Positions 35,747-37,403 of a DNA stretch of 37,403 nt are shown here, in pieces; the stretch's first letter is position 1; the number at the start of each line of letters is the position of its first letter. Source of the stretch: Thermoplasmata archaeon (lineage in GTDB: Archaea; Thermoplasmatota; Thermoplasmata; Lutacidiplasmatales; UBA184); the NCBI GenBank assembly GCA_030040625.1, contig JASHTI010000076.1, forward strand, positions 1 to 37,403. The letters run 5' to 3'. The position numbers were made by a program, and so were the translations under genes. The notes under the pieces were generated by a model that was given only the letters and a program-made list of their open reading frames with translations, did not search any database and was not told the DNA's origin.

Positions 35747-37402
35747 TCAGCTGGCCGGGTTGGTGGCCTGCATGGGACGCCCGGCCTGGATCACCAGCAT
35801 GACGAAGCGTGGGTCCTTCCGGGCGGCGGCGAGCAACGGCGACAGACGGACTCGGACCGCCTGCAGGGTGTGGTTTTTCGCGGCGGCGACCATGTATTCG
35901 AAGTACTTGTCCAGGTCCCCGAGCGCGTGGTAGATGTACCCGATGGAGGACTGGCGGGAGGTCCCCTTCTTGAACAGTTGATCGAGCTTCGCGATCATAC
36001 TCACTGCGGCGTCGCGGTCCCCGCGCATCGCCGCAAGCACGCCTCGGCTGAGGAGCGCCGGATCGCTGTTCGGGGCAGCCTGCTCCAGTGCCAAGACCAT
36101 TCGGTGGGCTTCCTCGAGGTCCCCTTTCAGCATCGCGCACTCGGCGAGGCCCCGGTAGGCGTCGATCGGGTCCAGCTCGGTGTGCGCGCGCCAGTGGACG
36201 AGCGCCTCCTCGTACCGTCCCGAATTGAAGTAGGCCTCGCCCTGCCGACGAATCATCGGCGGGGAGAGCGGATCGAGCCGATAGGCCTCGTCCGCGAGGA
36301 GGGTGTACGATTCCATGATACCAAAGGAGCCCGCGAGCGAGCTCAGGATACTGTGAGCCTGCGCGAGGTTGGGGTTGAGCTCCAGCGCCCGACGGAGCTC
36401 CCGATCTAGAATCTCCGCGGGGGCGTCCGCCATGAACGCCAACTCCCCCAGGGCACAGTGTGCGTCCGCGAGGTCGGGGTCGAGCTTGCTCGCCCTCTCG
36501 GCGGAAGCTTTCCCCATCTCGATGGCGCCGGTCCAGGTCAGGTAGCCTTCCGTGCCCAGGTTGATGTACGCGCGGGCGAGGCCCGCATAGGCCCGGGCAA
36601 AGGTCGGGTCCGACTCGATCGCCCGCTGGAAGTGTTCCAGCGACTTCCGCAGCGACGGCTCGTCGGTCTTCCAGACCAATGCCTGCCCCTGCAGGTAGGC
36701 GAGGTACGCCTGGGTCTCCTTGGGGCGCTCGAGCTCCGGCACGGGCGCCTGGGGCTTGACCAGGCTTCCCGGCAACGAGGTGGCGACCTTGGTGGCGATC
36801 TCGCTCTGCACCGCGAAGATGTCGTCCAGGTCATCGTCGTACTTCGCGGTCCAGAGGTGCTCCTCCGTCCCGACGTCGATGACCTGCACCGTGACCCGGA
36901 TCTTGTTCGCAGCTCGGCGAACGCTCCCCTCAACTACCGTGCCGACGCCGAGCTCCTTCCCTATCGCGGCGACCTTCTTCTCGGCCTTCTTGTAGCCGAT
37001 GACCGATGTGCGGGCAATCACCTTCAGGCCCGGAACGAGCGACAGATTCGCGATCAGCTCCTCGGTCAGCCCATCGGCGAAGTACTCGTCGTTCGGGTCC
37101 GGACTGATGTTGGCGAACGGGAGCACTGCGATGCGTGTCTTGTCGGCCGTGTTCGAGGACCCATTGTTGGACTCCCCTCCGGTTCCGGCCCAGGACGGCA
37201 CCACACGGTAGACTTCGACCGGTGCGGCGACGCCCTTCAGGGATCGGGGCTCGAGCTTCTCGAACTGTTCGGTGACCTTGGAACGCACCTGATCGTAGAC
37301 GGCTCCGGAGACGCAGATCCCGCCCGGCTCCGCGAGTGGCTCGATCCGCGCCGCCACGTTCACCGCGTCGCCGAGTATGTCCTGCCCGGACTGGACGACG
37401 TC
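35747..37402 (-). CDS. Class III cyclase + TolB-N-like + TPR protein (5'-partial)
   Basis: Frame open to the window edge (DVVQSGQDILGDAVNVAAR); AVLPFANISPDPNDEYFADGLTEEL; TPRs; paralog of 24800-26710. Confidence 0.93.
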   Translation of the reverse strand, partial: DVVQSGQDILGDAVNVAARIEPLAEPGGICVSGAVYDQVRSKVTEQFEKLEPRSLKGVAAPVEVYRVVPSWAGTGGESNNGSSNTADKTRIAVLPFANISPDPNDEYFADGLTEELIANLSLVPGLKVIARTSVIGYKKAEKKVAAIGKELGVGTVVEGSVRRAANKIRVTVQVIDVGTEEHLWTAKYDDDLDDIFAVQSEIATKVATSLPGSLVKPQAPVPELERPKETQAYLAYLQGQALVWKTDEPSLRKSLEHFQRAIESDPTFARAYAGLARAYINLGTEGYLTWTGAIEMGKASAERASKLDPDLADAHCALGELAFMADAPAEILDRELRRALELNPNLAQAHSILSSLAGSFGIMESYTLLADEAYRLDPLSPPMIRRQGEAYFNSGRYEEALVHWRAHTELDPIDAYRGLAECAMLKGDLEEAHRMVLALEQAAPNSDPALLSRGVLAAMRGDRDAAVSMIAKLDQLFKKGTSRQSSIGYIYHALGDLDKYFEYMVAAAKNHTLQAVRVRLSPLLAAARKDPRFVMLVIQAGRPMQATNPAS

Positions 37403-37403
37403 A

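Noticed and set aside
92..37211. Many long alternative-frame and antisense ORFs (e.g. 982-2712, 7895-9412, 9439-11145, 13833-15497, 26747-28315)
   Set aside because: Arg/Pro/Gly-rich shadow ORFs expected in high-GC DNA; they overlap genes with clear family motifs.

Overview
GC-rich prokaryotic chromosomal segment with about 42 protein-coding genes. No tRNA, rRNA, CRISPR array, integrase or transposase is recognisable. Many starts have a TATA-like hexamer (TTTATC/TTTAAG/CTTATC) about 25 nt upstream. With the YVTN surface protein, GvpD/KaiC-like gene, COG1753 VapB and DUF6293, this points to a high-GC archaeon, probably Thermoplasmata (inference). Bases 1-29.5 kb are mostly accessory metabolism, stress, transport and surface genes: methyltransferases, FAD oxidoreductase, HpcH aldolase, cation:proton antiporter, ABC exporter, VOC proteins, alkyltransferase-like protein, M14 peptidase, ArsR/SRPBCC, AhpD-like, dienelactone hydrolase, RibD-C, class III cyclase-TPR and MFS. 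Bases 29.7-34.9 kb are a visibly more AT-rich toxin-antitoxin/defence-like island: VapBC, a RelE-type pair, a PIN toxin with a YwgA/Panacea-like partner, an HNH nuclease coupled to a 2-TM protein, a CARF-like DUF6293 wHTH regulator and a Fic protein. The best candidate for an undescribed system is the 2.8-kb block at 31056-33823. There the CRISPR-independent CARF-like regulator is divergent, across a palindrome-rich promoter, from HNH + 2-TM + YwgA-like + PIN, and the block is bracketed by an inverted bipartite repeat GGGTTGTGTC-N12-GGTGCAAGG. All family calls come from motif recognition by eye; no database searches were run.
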